A stretch of 64,000 nucleotides of DNA from Coleofasciculus chthonoplastes F2-STO-03 (GTDB lineage Bacteria > Cyanobacteriota > Cyanobacteriia > Cyanobacteriales > Coleofasciculaceae), in the NCBI GenBank assembly GCA_040222015.1, contig JAVJWO010000028.1:1-64000 (forward strand), in the 5' to 3' direction. This document shows, piece by piece, positions 41,815 through 52,761 of this stretch (positions are counted from its first letter, which is position 1; the number at the start of each line of letters is the position of its first letter). The translations under genes and the position numbers were made by a program. The notes below the pieces were generated by a model. The model made no database searches. It had not been told where the DNA came from and was given only the letters and a program-made list of their open reading frames with translations.

Positions 41815-43500
41815 ATGGGTTTTGCTGTGTCCTCTGAAATGCCATGTGCGATCGCATCGCCTAAACGATCGCTGATTCGGTTTATTCTGTTGGTTATTAT
41901 GGGCTTGGCTTTGGGGTTGGGGCTGGCGAATTGTGATACTCTTTCTAGCCAAACTAGCGAGAGTTCCGCGATTCCGGCTGATACGCTGGTTTATGGTTCT
42001 GGTGGACAACCGGTGAACCTGGAACCGGGAAATATTACTGATGGCAATTCGATTGTTGTGCAGCATCAAATCTACAATACGCTGCTGAGTATTAAACCGG
42101 GAACGACTGAGTTGGAACCGGGGTTGGCGACGGAGTGGACAGTATCTGAGGATGGGAAGACGTGGACGTTTAAGCTACGCGAGGATGTTAAATTTCACGA
42201 TGGTAGCGATTTTAATGCTGAAGCGGTAAGGTTTAATGTAGAGCGTTGGTGGAATCCCGACAGTGAGTTTGGCTATCGGGATGCGGGGAAAAATTATGAG
42301 ATTTGGGCGAATTTGTTTGGCGGATATCAGGGAAGTCCGGATTCAATTTTGCAAGATATTGTGGTTGTGGATGATAATACGATTGAGTTTATCCTTCAGC
42401 AACCGTTTGCCGCATTTGGCGCGGCGATAGCTTCGGGTTATTTTGGGATTGCCAGTCCCGATGCGATTAAACAAGCTGGGGCAGATTATGGTACTCCGGC
42501 ATCCTTGGCAGTGGGGACGGGACCGTTTATGTTTAAAGAATGGCAGACTGGCGATCGCATTGTTCTGGAAAAGAATCCGAATTATTGGAAACTGGATTTA
42601 CCGAAGTCTGATCAGGTGGTGATTCGCTTTATTACTGATCCGTCGGCACGGTTGGCACAATTACGGGCGGGTACGATTAATTTTACGGTAGATTTATCCC
42701 CCGATCAACTCCCAGAAATTGAAAATGATGCCAATTTAGACGCCGTATTTCGTTCCTCATTTAATGTCGGCTATCTGGCGCTAAATCCCAGCTATGAACC
42801 CCTTTCTAAGGTAGAGGTGCGTCGTGCGATCGCGCAAGCTATTAACACCTCAGAAATTGTCCCCGCCTTCTGGGGAGAATTGGGTGAACATGATAATCAT
42901 TTTACCCCATCGTCTCTCTCGGAGTATCAGTCTGAGCAAATTATCAATTATTCTTACAATCCCCAACAAGCCCAACAACTGATCGCTGATGCCGGGTATC
43001 CTGATGGCTTTGACCTAGATTTGTGGTATATGCCCGTCAGTCGTCCCTATTTTCCCACACCCAAACCCATCGCTGAAGCGATAGCCGCCGAATTAAGTGC
43101 GATCGGCATTAACGTCAACTTACAAACTAAAGATTGGGCAGCCTATTTAGAGGATCGGCGAAAATCACCAGGATTTCAGGCTTTTATGTTGGGATGGACA
43201 GGGGATTATGGTGATCCTGATAACTTTTACTATGCCCATTTTGGTCCCGGCGCAACCGAGGATTTAGGCGGCTGGAAAAATGAGGACGTTCTCCAGCTTT
43301 TAGAACAGGGAAGGGCGACAACTGAGCAAGGCAAACGGACTCAAATTTATGCCCAAGTGGATGAAATTTTAGCCCAAGAAGCTGTCCGATTACCCATCGT
43401 TCACTCCCAACCTTTATTGGCAAAACGCAAAACGGTTACTGGGTGGACACCCAGTCCCTTAGGTTCAGAACCCTTTGAGACAATAAGCCAAGGTTTTTAG
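41815..43500 (+). CDS. dppA: ABC peptide transporter substrate-binding protein (family 5)
   Basis: PGLATEW, FKLREDVKFHDG, GTGPF, WYMPVSRPY, GWTGDYGDPDNF. Confidence 0.9.
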   Translation: MGFAVSSEMPCAIASPKRSLIRFILLVIMGLALGLGLANCDTLSSQTSESSAIPADTLVYGSGGQPVNLEPGNITDGNSIVVQHQIYNTLLSIKPGTTELEPGLATEWTVSEDGKTWTFKLREDVKFHDGSDFNAEAVRFNVERWWNPDSEFGYRDAGKNYEIWANLFGGYQGSPDSILQDIVVVDDNTIEFILQQPFAAFGAAIASGYFGIASPDAIKQAGADYGTPASLAVGTGPFMFKEWQTGDRIVLEKNPNYWKLDLPKSDQVVIRFITDPSARLAQLRAGTINFTVDLSPDQLPEIENDANLDAVFRSSFNVGYLALNPSYEPLSKVEVRRAIAQAINTSEIVPAFWGELGEHDNHFTPSSLSEYQSEQIINYSYNPQQAQQLIADAGYPDGFDLDLWYMPVSRPYFPTPKPIAEAIAAELSAIGINVNLQTKDWAAYLEDRRKSPGFQAFMLGWTGDYGDPDNFYYAHFGPGATEDLGGWKNEDVLQLLEQGRATTEQGKRTQIYAQVDEILAQEAVRLPIVHSQPLLAKRKTVTGWTPSPLGSEPFETISQGF

Positions 43501-44177
43501 TTGCGCTTGTAGTTGCGCTTGTAGTTGCGCTGTCTTCGCCATTAAAAGTATAGCGTTGACCACAAACCCTTAATTCACTCAATCCCTATTACTCTTGTAG
43601 ATTGACTTGAACGAAAAAGATGATTAAATTTTTGAGGAAATTATTGAATTCTCTGTGTCAATCTGTGTCTCTCACTATTCAGGCTTCTGTCTGCATCATC
43701 CCTTCTGTGTCATCTGTGTTTTTGTCAATACTCAGTCATAATTTTTATCTAAAGTTAAAAAAAATACATGCATCCAACGAGACATGGGGGGTGAGGCGAA
43801 AACTATGAATTATACAAAGTTTTACGAATATTCAAGGGATTTAGCTGTGTCAAAATTAATTTTGCCCACAAAAAACCCACCATAGATAGTATACATGAAA
43901 ACCGCACAAGCCTCTCACAATCGCTGTAACCCCTGAAACTTCGTAGCGTTTTCCCAAAAAGAGGTAAAAAACGAGCAATTATGACGTTTTGTTGAGACGA
44001 GACTCTGATTGAAAAAAATAAACCGTTCTGGGGGAAAGAATAGTTTAACTTATTAGAAGTTGACAAATTGAGGTGGAACGATATTGAGTCAAGGGGAAGG
44101 AAATGTCAGTAGCGAAGGAGAAAGAAATAGCCAAGTGGTATCTAGTGAATAGTGGGTATCAAAAGAAGGCAAGAGCA

Positions 44178-44669
44178 ATGGTTAGTCGATACAGTATCGT
44201 TCAATACGTTCCCAATCCGATTGCTGATGAGCGGATCAATATTGGTGTGCTTGCCTTTGATGATGATCGGGTGCGTGTTCGGTTTTTAAGCCATTGGGAA
44301 CGGGTAAAACGCTTTGGAATGGAAGATATTCATTTCCTCAAAGATTTCGCTAGTCGCATGGAGGATGCGGCTGCTGATGGATTATTGTTTCCGGGGGATT
44401 CGCCGAATGAGACTCCCAAGCAGGAACGTTTAATCAGAGTCGCTCAGAATTGGTTTAATAGCATTCAGTTGACTGAACCGCGTGGTTCTCTAGACGATGT
44501 AGACAGCCTTTTAGCTGATATTGCTGATACCTGTTTACTTGAGCCACCGGAGAAGCCAAAGCCGCGCGATCGCGCTTTTGCTGTTCAAATGACTAGGAGG
44601 AAAATTAGAAATATTCTTGGAGATCGAGCAAAAGATCTAGTAAAAAAAAATATTCAAGGATCACCTTAA
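44178..44669 (+). pseudogene. DUF3037-domain protein, apparently C-terminally truncated (ORF extends upstream to 44103)
   Basis: SRYSIVQYVPNPIADERINIGVL and NSIQLTEPRG motifs; stops shortly after an A9 run. Confidence 0.65.
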
Positions 44670-44751
44670 GCCTATAGACACTACAACGATGGAGTTTATT
44701 TGAGAAAATAAAAGGATGCTTCGTTTTTTGGCTACGGAAGGAGGAGAATTC

Positions 44752-44868
44752 ATACCAAGTTGCAGTCAAAGAGGTAATCTGTCATGCTGAGCGTAACGGA
44801 GTGTAGCGAAGCATCTATCCAGATTCTTCGCTTCGCTCAGAATGACATAATAGAACACAACTCGGTAT
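44752..44868. mobile_element. MITE-like element (ATACCAAGTTG...CAACTCGGTAT) enclosing a TGTCATGCTGAGCG...CGCTCAGAATGACA hairpin
   Basis: Termini match at 10/11; inner inverted repeat ~44780-44847. Confidence 0.6.
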
Positions 44869-45036
44869 TATCGGTGCTGGGAAAGTCTCGAAGGCGCGTA
44901 ACGGGGAAGATTCCCATTACCGAATTTATCGGTTAAGGTGGTAGAGGTGGAAAGCTGCGAGAGACTAGCTTGAATTGTGCCAAGTTAAGAGATGCCATAA
45001 TCCTTTTCGGGTGGCTTTGAGTGAGGACGAGATAGA

Positions 45037-48000
45037 ATGACGGATAGAGCAGAATTACTCGATATTATTGATAAGGCAGCCCGTGAAGGAGTAACAAGGC
45101 TGGATTTGTCGGGTAAAGGTATTACAGAGATACCGGACTGTATCGGTCAATTAACTAAGCTTCAAAAGCTGGATTTAGGGGAAAATCAAATAACAGAGAT
45201 ACCGGACTGTATCGGTCAATTAACTAACCTTCAACAGCTAATTTTAGGGGAAAATCAAATAACAGAGATACCGGACTGTATCGGTCAATTAACTAACCTT
45301 CAAGAGCTGAATTTAAGGGAAAATCAAATAACAGAGATACCGGACTGTATCGGTCAATTAACTAACCTTCAAGAGCTAATTTTAGGGAAAAATCAAATAA
45401 CAGAGATACCGGACTGTATCGGTCAATTAACTAACCTTCAAGAGCTAATTTTAGGGGAAAATATAATAGCAGAGATACCGGAATATATTGGTCAATTAAC
45501 TAACCTTCAAGAGCTGAATTTAAGGGAAAATCAAATAACAGAGATACCGGACTGTATCGGTCAATTAACTAACCTTCAAGAGCTAATTTTAGGGGAAAAT
45601 CAAATAACAGAGATACCGGAATGTATCGGTCAATTAACTAACCTTCAACAGCTGAGTTTTGGAAAAAATCAAATAACAGAGATACCGGAATGTATCGGTC
45701 AATTAACTAACCTTCAATGGCTGATTCTTGGAAAAAATCAAATAACAGAGATACCGGAATGTATCGGTCAATTAACTAACCTTGACTTACTGAATTTAGC
45801 GAATAACAAAATAACAGACATACCGGAATGCATCGCTCAATTAACTAATCTTCAAAAGCTGGATTTAGACAATAATCCTCTTACCCCTATTCTAAAAAGT
45901 GCCTATCAAAGCGGACTAGACGAACTCAAAGCCTATTTAAGAAGTATACAAGAACCCGACCAACGCGAAGAATTTTACGAAGCAAAATTAGTCTTAGTTG
46001 GTGAAGGGGGAGTAGGCAAAACAACCCTGCTTAAAGCACTAACGGGTAAAGACCCTCAAACCAATGAACCCACCACTCATGGAGTTGATATTGCCATTCA
46101 AGCGCTCCATCTACCCCATCCCCAAAAAGAAAACGTTGAAATTAAACTGAATTCCTGGGACTTTGGCGGTCAGGAAGTCTATCGCGTCACTCATCAATTT
46201 TTCTTCAGTAAACGTTCCGTCTACTTACTCGTTTGGGAACCACGCCGAGGTGTGCAGCAATGCCAAGTAGAAGACTGGCTAAAATTGCTACAGATGCGAG
46301 TTGGCGATGAAGCGCGTGTAATTATCGTTTCGACCTATTGCCAATCCGGTCAACATATTGCACGCATCGATAAACCTGTCCTAAAACGTGATTTTGGTGA
46401 CATGATTGTTGGCTTTCATGAGGTGGATAGTTTAGTCGATGACCCCGCTACTGGGGAAAAAGTGGGTATTGCACAACTCAAACAAATCATTGCTGAAACC
46501 GCTCAATCGTTTGACCAAATGGGAGTGGTGCTAAATACAGCATGGCGAGAGTCACGGGATGAACTCTTGGCAATCGATAAACCTCGGATTTCTTACACAA
46601 AATTTACCACAGTTTGCTCGGCTCATGGTCTAAATGATATTGCCACAAAAACCCTGGCTGACCTAATGCATGATTTAGGGTATATCGTTTACTACAGTGA
46701 GGATGAACGGTTGCAGGATGATGTGGTATTACAGCCAGAATGGTTAACTAAAGCCATTGGTTTTGTTCTAGAAGACCGCACCACTCAAAACATGGATGGT
46801 ATCTTATCGGATAATCGCTTACTAGAGGTATGGTGGAACCATCCAGCCGATGGGAAAACTCGCTACCCGTCAGAGTTGTATCCCTTCTTCCTGCGACTGA
46901 TGGAAAAATACGATGTCTCCTACCGTTTGGAAGATGGAACCGCCAGTTTAGTCGCGCAACACGTACCCCAAATTCGTCCCAATCTCCCCTGGCTACCGGA
47001 GGAAGAACCCGCGAACAATCGGCGTCGCATTGCTACCGTTTGTGTGATGGAAGAATCGCCACCGGGACTAATTCCCTGGATGATTGTTCGCACCCATGAC
47101 TATATCTATCAGCGCCATGAACCAGATGGGAAAACCCATCGATTACACTGGCAAAAGGGGATGTTCCTGCGGAATAAAACCCATGGTGAGGCGATGCTGG
47201 AATTGCGAGACAGAGAACTTCATCTGTATACTGAGGCGGTGTGGCCCGAATACTTTACCAATATCCTTCAGCAAACCCTACAAAAGCTGATTTCTGACAC
47301 TTGGCCCGGATTAGCCGGACGGTATTATTTTGCCGTTCCTTGTCCCACCAAAAACCAAGGAAAAGCCTGTATGGGACGATTTGAAATTGGTGCATTACGC
47401 CAGTTTCTGGAGGAAGGGGATACTCACTATCCCTGTCAGTTTTGTCGCACCCGCCACAAAATAGTTGATTTACTCTTCGGTTTAGAAGAGGAAGACACCA
47501 GAGAACAATTAAGTCGCATTGAAGTTAAAGTTGAGCGCGGCTTTACTGAAATCCAGCAGAATCTCCAGGAATTTGAAAGCCGCATCGCCAACTATGTGAT
47601 GGGGATTATGCAAGCCGTCGCCAGCGAATCCAAACGGGGACCGCGACTATTCACCCTGGAACCGAGGGAGGGAAACTGGCGACGGTTGACGAGTAAAAAG
47701 TATCGGCTACATTTATGGTGTGAGGAACCGAGTTGTCAGCATCCTGTCCATGATATCGATAAAGGCGTTTATGAGTTTAAAGCGTCTCGTGAGTGGGTGG
47801 AAAAAGTTGCTCCCTACGCTAATTTGATTGCGGGGGTGTTGAAAACCTTAACCCCAATTACTGCACCCGCCGCGAATATGTTTTTTGGCGAAGAGTTTAT
47901 GAAAGTCAGTAATCTTCAATCTCAATTGGAGATAATGAAGGAGTTAACCAATACGATTCTCAGCGATAACAAACTCCTGATGGATGGAACCGCCGGGATG

Positions 48001-48183
48001 CGCGATGGCTTAGTCAGTCAAGCGGAACGTTCGGGAATTTTGGCGTTACATTCTTTCTTAGATGAGGAAGACTCCCATCATGAAAGATTGGGACTTAAGC
48101 GACTGCCCACCTATACCGGGGACTATCTTTGGTTATGTGAAAAACACTATCAGAATCGTCAGTCGAAAATGCCGCAGTTCTAG
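45037..48183 (+). CDS. Roco protein: LRR-Roc GTPase-COR with Cys-rich/coiled-coil C-terminal region
   Basis: ~12 LRRs of 23 aa; GEGGVGKTT, TTHG, WDFGGQEVY, THQFF; COR motifs LMHDLG, PEWLTKAI, HWQKG. Confidence 0.92.
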   Translation: MTDRAELLDIIDKAAREGVTRLDLSGKGITEIPDCIGQLTKLQKLDLGENQITEIPDCIGQLTNLQQLILGENQITEIPDCIGQLTNLQELNLRENQITEIPDCIGQLTNLQELILGKNQITEIPDCIGQLTNLQELILGENIIAEIPEYIGQLTNLQELNLRENQITEIPDCIGQLTNLQELILGENQITEIPECIGQLTNLQQLSFGKNQITEIPECIGQLTNLQWLILGKNQITEIPECIGQLTNLDLLNLANNKITDIPECIAQLTNLQKLDLDNNPLTPILKSAYQSGLDELKAYLRSIQEPDQREEFYEAKLVLVGEGGVGKTTLLKALTGKDPQTNEPTTHGVDIAIQALHLPHPQKENVEIKLNSWDFGGQEVYRVTHQFFFSKRSVYLLVWEPRRGVQQCQVEDWLKLLQMRVGDEARVIIVSTYCQSGQHIARIDKPVLKRDFGDMIVGFHEVDSLVDDPATGEKVGIAQLKQIIAETAQSFDQMGVVLNTAWRESRDELLAIDKPRISYTKFTTVCSAHGLNDIATKTLADLMHDLGYIVYYSEDERLQDDVVLQPEWLTKAIGFVLEDRTTQNMDGILSDNRLLEVWWNHPADGKTRYPSELYPFFLRLMEKYDVSYRLEDGTASLVAQHVPQIRPNLPWLPEEEPANNRRRIATVCVMEESPPGLIPWMIVRTHDYIYQRHEPDGKTHRLHWQKGMFLRNKTHGEAMLELRDRELHLYTEAVWPEYFTNILQQTLQKLISDTWPGLAGRYYFAVPCPTKNQGKACMGRFEIGALRQFLEEGDTHYPCQFCRTRHKIVDLLFGLEEEDTREQLSRIEVKVERGFTEIQQNLQEFESRIANYVMGIMQAVASESKRGPRLFTLEPREGNWRRLTSKKYRLHLWCEEPSCQHPVHDIDKGVYEFKASREWVEKVAPYANLIAGVLKTLTPITAPAANMFFGEEFMKVSNLQSQLEIMKELTNTILSDNKLLMDGTAGMRDGLVSQAERSGILALHSFLDEEDSHHERLGLKRLPTYTGDYLWLCEKHYQNRQSKMPQF
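45121..45870 (+). repeat. 69-bp near-identical coding tandem repeats (LRR units)
   Basis: Recurring acagagataccgga[c/a]tgtatcggtcaattaactaacctt. Confidence 0.95.
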
Positions 48184-48505
48184 CTAACTTTTTACGCCAT
48201 CTAGAAAAATTGATATCAAATCGAATCCCAAGGGTACTGACGTCACAGTGTGTAGTCAGCGATGCGAGCGCTTATGGCACTAAAGTGCCTACTACAAAAC
48301 CAGCTTAAGTCAGCGACATTCGACTTAAGGCTGGTGGGCAGTGCCCACCCTACTTTTTTGGCACGGAAGGGGGAGAATTCAAAGCCTCTCTTCTTATAAA
48401 GGATGTAGTGGCGTGACCCAGCTTATTTGGTGGGTTGTGTACCCATTTTAACCGTAAAAACCATTATAGGATAAAGAATTGAGGTGAAAAAGTTTAAACC
48501 CGAAG

Positions 48506-49516
48506 ATGACTCACTATATCATCAAGCGTCTACTCAACTTGTTACCTGTTCTCCTCGGTATTACCCTGTTAGTCTTCCTCTTCCTGCACCTAATCCCCGG
48601 TGACCCCGCAACGGTTCTGCTAGGAGAACGGGCGACTCCCGAACAGGTAGAAGCCTTACGGGAACAACTGGGTTTAAATCAACCCCTACCCCTGCAATAC
48701 CTCACCTTTCTCAACAATCTACTCCATCTCGACTTCGGCACCAGTATTATCAGCGGTATTCCGATTATCGATGAAATTAAAACCCGCTTTCCCGCCACGT
48801 TTGAATTATCCTTAGCCGCCATGATAGTCGCCGTCATTCTGGGAATCCCGGCTGGCGTTTTAGCGGCGGTTTACAAGAATCGTCCCGCCGATAACCTAAC
48901 TATGATTGGCTCATTACTGGGAGTTTCCATGCCTGTATATTGGCTAGGATTGCTCTTAATTTACCTGTTTGCCATTACCTTGAACTGGTTTCCCCCCAGT
49001 GGACGAATTAGTATTGAAGCAGGATTAACCTTTCAACCGATTACCGGATTTTACATCTTAGATGCGATTCTAAAACTTGATATCAACATCTTGCAAGATG
49101 TTCTATCTCACCTGATTTTACCTGCTTTAACCCTCGGCACAATTCCTTTAGCCATTTTAGCGCGGATTACTCGTTCTTCTCTGTTAGAGGTTCTATCCCA
49201 GGACTATATTCGCACCGCTAGGGCGAAAGGCATTCCCGAACATTGGGTGATTCTTCGCCATGGATTAAAAAATGCTCTATTGCCAGTGGTAACGATAATT
49301 GGTTTACAGTTTGGTACACTTTTAGGTGGTGCTATTTTAACCGAAACCATCTTCTCGTGGCCCGGAATTGGCTCCTGGATTTATGAAGGAATTTTGGCAC
49401 GAGACTATCCTGTTGTACAAGGTGGCGTTGTTGTTGTCTCGATTATCTTTGTCTTGGTTAATCTTATTGTTGATATTTCCTATGCGCTAGTTGACCCGCG
49501 AATTAAGTATAAATAG
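48506..49516 (+). CDS. dppB: ABC peptide transporter permease
   Basis: LIPGDPA, RFPATFEL, DYIRTARAKG, LRHGLKNALLP, RDYPVVQG. Confidence 0.92.
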   Translation: MTHYIIKRLLNLLPVLLGITLLVFLFLHLIPGDPATVLLGERATPEQVEALREQLGLNQPLPLQYLTFLNNLLHLDFGTSIISGIPIIDEIKTRFPATFELSLAAMIVAVILGIPAGVLAAVYKNRPADNLTMIGSLLGVSMPVYWLGLLLIYLFAITLNWFPPSGRISIEAGLTFQPITGFYILDAILKLDINILQDVLSHLILPALTLGTIPLAILARITRSSLLEVLSQDYIRTARAKGIPEHWVILRHGLKNALLPVVTIIGLQFGTLLGGAILTETIFSWPGIGSWIYEGILARDYPVVQGGVVVVSIIFVLVNLIVDISYALVDPRIKYK

Positions 49517-49735
49517 CGAGTGGCGCAACGTCAGTTGTAGAGACGTTGCATGCAACGTCTCTACAACTATCTTTTCGGTTGCAACCTGATGTAACTAAAC
49601 CCGCCCAGACGCGCCATGGCGCGTCTCTACAATAGTTTTTAGACTTCCCGTGAAAAGTCAGATAAATTATCAGGCATCAGAGGAGATATTTTGTATCTAT
49701 ATGTTACCTTTTTTGAAAAAAATTCCCTATTCCTT

Positions 49736-49793
49736 GACAAAGGACGAATGACAAAGGACAAATGACAAAGGACGAATGACAAAGGACAAAGAA
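49736..49793 (+). repeat. STRR variant array (GACAAAG/GACGAAT/GACAAAT) forming the start region of the next gene
   Basis: Direct reading. Confidence 0.9.
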
Positions 49794-50798
49794 ATGAAAG
49801 CCGTAGTCATGACTACTCCGGGTAACCCAGAGGTGCTGCAATTGCAGGACGTACCCGAACCGAAACTGCAAACCGATAGAGACATATTAGTGCGACTCCA
49901 AGCCGCAGGCGTTAACCCCATCGACACCAAACTGCGAAGCCGTGGCACATTCTATCCCGACGAAATGCCTGCCATTTTAGGTTGTGATGGCGCGGGTGTC
50001 GTGGAAGCCGTGGGTTCTGCTGTCAGCCGATTTCAGGTTGGCGATGAGGTGTATTTCTGTGCGGGCGGATTAGGAAAATCGGGTACGGGGAATTATGCCG
50101 AACTCACGGTTGTGGATGAACGTTGGGTCGCCCGAAAACCCAAATCCTTATCCTTTACAGAAGCCGCCGCCGCGCCATTAGTGCTAATTACCGCCTGGGA
50201 AGCCTTATATGACCGAGGGCGCTTAGCAGCCGGACAAACAGCGCTGATTCATGGCGGTGCGGGTGGTGTGGGACATGTTGCCATTCAGCTTGCCAAAATC
50301 AAAGGGGCTAATGTTTGTACAACAGTAAGTTCTCAAGAAAAAGCCCGATTAGTGCGTCAATTAGGTGCAGACGAACCGATTCTTTACAAACAAACCGACT
50401 TTGCCCAAGCTGGATTAGATTGGACAGAGGGAAAAGGTGTAGATGTCGCCTTTGATACTGTGGGGGGTCAAACCTTTTACGACACCGTTCCCGCCGTGAA
50501 AGTCTACGGGGATTTGGTCACCATTCTCGAACCTGACTATAATATCGGGAAATTGAAAACAGCGCGATCGCGAAATCTGCGGATTAGCTTAGAACTCATG
50601 CTAACGCCGACACTCCAAGGATTAGTAGCAGCGCAGGAACACCACACCCAGATTCTCGAACAATGCGCCCAATGGATAGATGAAGGCAAACTAAATATTC
50701 ACCTCGGTCAAACTTTCCTCCTCCCCGACGCCGTTAGCGCTCATCAAGCTATAGAATCAGGATCAACCACTGGAAAAATCGCCTTGCAGATTGCATAA
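49794..50798 (+). CDS. MDR-family NADPH:quinone oxidoreductase / alcohol dehydrogenase-like protein
   Basis: AAGVNPID, LGCDGAGVV, IHGGAGGVGHVAIQLAK, GKIAL. Confidence 0.9.
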   Translation: MKAVVMTTPGNPEVLQLQDVPEPKLQTDRDILVRLQAAGVNPIDTKLRSRGTFYPDEMPAILGCDGAGVVEAVGSAVSRFQVGDEVYFCAGGLGKSGTGNYAELTVVDERWVARKPKSLSFTEAAAAPLVLITAWEALYDRGRLAAGQTALIHGGAGGVGHVAIQLAKIKGANVCTTVSSQEKARLVRQLGADEPILYKQTDFAQAGLDWTEGKGVDVAFDTVGGQTFYDTVPAVKVYGDLVTILEPDYNIGKLKTARSRNLRISLELMLTPTLQGLVAAQEHHTQILEQCAQWIDEGKLNIHLGQTFLLPDAVSAHQAIESGSTTGKIALQIA

Positions 50799-50927
50799 AA
50801 AATAGTAGCTCGGCACACCTAATTTGATGGATTAGCATCTCTTGCTCCCCTCTCCCAAGCTTGGGAGAGGGGTTGGGGGTGAGGGCTGTAGCCTAAGTTG
50901 ACACCAAGACACCAATCATCAGTAAAA

Positions 50928-51707
50928 ATGGACAAAGAGAACCAACTGCTTCAGCAATATAGCCAAAATCAACGCAACTTTTCGGGGATTAACTTACAGA
51001 GTGCAACACTCATTGCTGAAAGACTCCAAGAGGCGAACTTTAGCCATGCTGACTTGAGCAACACACTTTTATTTGGCTCAAACTTAAATCAAACCCTATT
51101 CCTGAATACTAACCTCAGTGGCGCTATCTTAGTCGCCACCAATTTAACCGATGCTATCCTGATAGAAGCCAACTTAATTAACGCCAATCTCAGCGGGGCA
51201 AAACTCATCGGCGCTCAATTAATCGGCGCTCAATTAACTGGCATTACAATAGTCGGAGCGAATCTGAGCAATGCCAACTTAATTAACGCAGATTTGAGTC
51301 AGACCAATTTATATAAAGCCAACCTCAGTTGGAGTGAATTGAGCCTGACAAATTTAAGCTCGGCGAATTTGAGTGAAGCAGACTTAAGTCATGCGCGTTT
51401 AGTCGGCACTAATTTAAGTGGAGCAGATATGAATGGTGCTAATTTACAGGAGGCTAATTTCATTGGTGCTAACCTGAGTGCAGTTAACCTCAAAGATACG
51501 ACATTAAACTTAAATTCGCCAGAATTATTAGCAGGAATTTTACGACAAGCGGCTGGAGACGACAAAGACAAACAAAATCTTGCTGAATTACTGCTCATGT
51601 ATCGCCAAGGATGGGACTATTTAGCCACCCTAAATCACCCCTTAGCCGAATGGGGAATCGAGACAATTAAAGCCCTAGCCTCATCCGAGCAAAAATTTCC
51701 TAAATAG
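50928..51707 (+). CDS. Pentapeptide repeat protein
   Basis: Long A(N/D)LxX array after QRNFSGINL. Confidence 0.9.
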   Translation: MDKENQLLQQYSQNQRNFSGINLQSATLIAERLQEANFSHADLSNTLLFGSNLNQTLFLNTNLSGAILVATNLTDAILIEANLINANLSGAKLIGAQLIGAQLTGITIVGANLSNANLINADLSQTNLYKANLSWSELSLTNLSSANLSEADLSHARLVGTNLSGADMNGANLQEANFIGANLSAVNLKDTTLNLNSPELLAGILRQAAGDDKDKQNLAELLLMYRQGWDYLATLNHPLAEWGIETIKALASSEQKFPK

Positions 51708-52046
51708 ACCTGTTTGTAGTAGGCACTTTAGTGCCTTAAAATGCTTGATTGTCAACCCCTAAAATCATTCCTATTGTAGGTTTCTATACTATCGTGTTCT
51801 CCTACATCTTGCGGGTTGTCTGATACTACCCGATATACTATCATGCCCTTCTACCTTGCATCCTTACCTGATATCATGTCCTAACGATTGCCCATAATTG
51901 CAATGCTGCAATAACAGGGATTTCATGCGTTTTTATTAGGGGTGTTTGACCGGACATGATATGACGTTTCACGAGAGATCGCGATCGCTCTATTGTAAAG
52001 ACAAATTTACGATAAGTTACAAAAAGCAATAGTAAATCTGTATAAA

Positions 52047-52144
52047 GTAGGTTGGGTGGAGCGACAGCGATACCCAACATTCTATTGAGGGATATGACTC
52101 ATAACGTTTGTAGATGTTGGGTTTCCTTCGTCAACCCAACCTAC
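52047..52144. repeat. REPIN left of RAYT (GTAGGTTGGG family)
   Basis: gtaggttgggtggagcg...acccaaca / tgttgggtttcc...acccaacctac. Confidence 0.85.
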
Positions 52145-52216
52145 GGGCTAAGATAGAGGCATATTGAACAGACATATTCTGGATACGAATATCTTGTAGG
52201 TGTTATTGAACTTTGA

Positions 52217-52759
52217 ATGCAATATCGACGAGCGAAAACACCAGGAGCAACGTATTTTTTTACAGTGGTGACGTATCAGCGACAGACAATCTTTGACGAT
52301 GGGGAGATGGTGGAGTTGTTGCGGCAATGTTTTCGGGTGGTGAAGCAAAGGCATCCGTTTGTGATTGAGGCAATGGTAGTGCTGCGCGAGCATTTGCATT
52401 GCATTTGGACATTGCCAGATAATGATGCAAATTTTTCGATGCGATGGCGGTTGATTAAGACTGAATTTAGTCGTCGTTGTCGGGATAGTTACAAACGGCC
52501 ACAGGAGGCTTCACGGGTGAGGAAGGGAGAACAACCAGTTTGGCAACGGCGGTTTTGGGAACATCAAATTCGGGATGAGCGGGACTTTCAACACCATGTA
52601 GATTACATACATTTCAACCCGGTACATCATGGATTAGTGACAGCACCGAAGGATTGGGACTATTCCAGTTTTCACCGTTATGTGCGGGATGGGTGTTATC
52701 CGATAGATTGGGGTGCAGATGGCGATATTAAATTGCCTCCCAATGTTGGCAGCGAATAA
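52217..52759 (+). mobile_element. REP-associated tyrosine transposase (RAYT, Y1 HUH)
   Basis: YFFTVVT, EHLHCIW (HUH), WQRRFWEHQIRD, YIHFNPV, WDYSS; flanked by REPINs. Confidence 0.92.
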
Positions 52760-52761
52760 AA

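Noticed and set aside
43620..44066. Short ORFs or a HipA-like kinase upstream of DUF3037
   Set aside because: AT-rich, no kinase motifs recognisable
45121..45870. CRISPR or DGR-like repeat region
   Set aside because: In-frame 69-bp LRR coding units; no reverse transcriptase or template repeat seen
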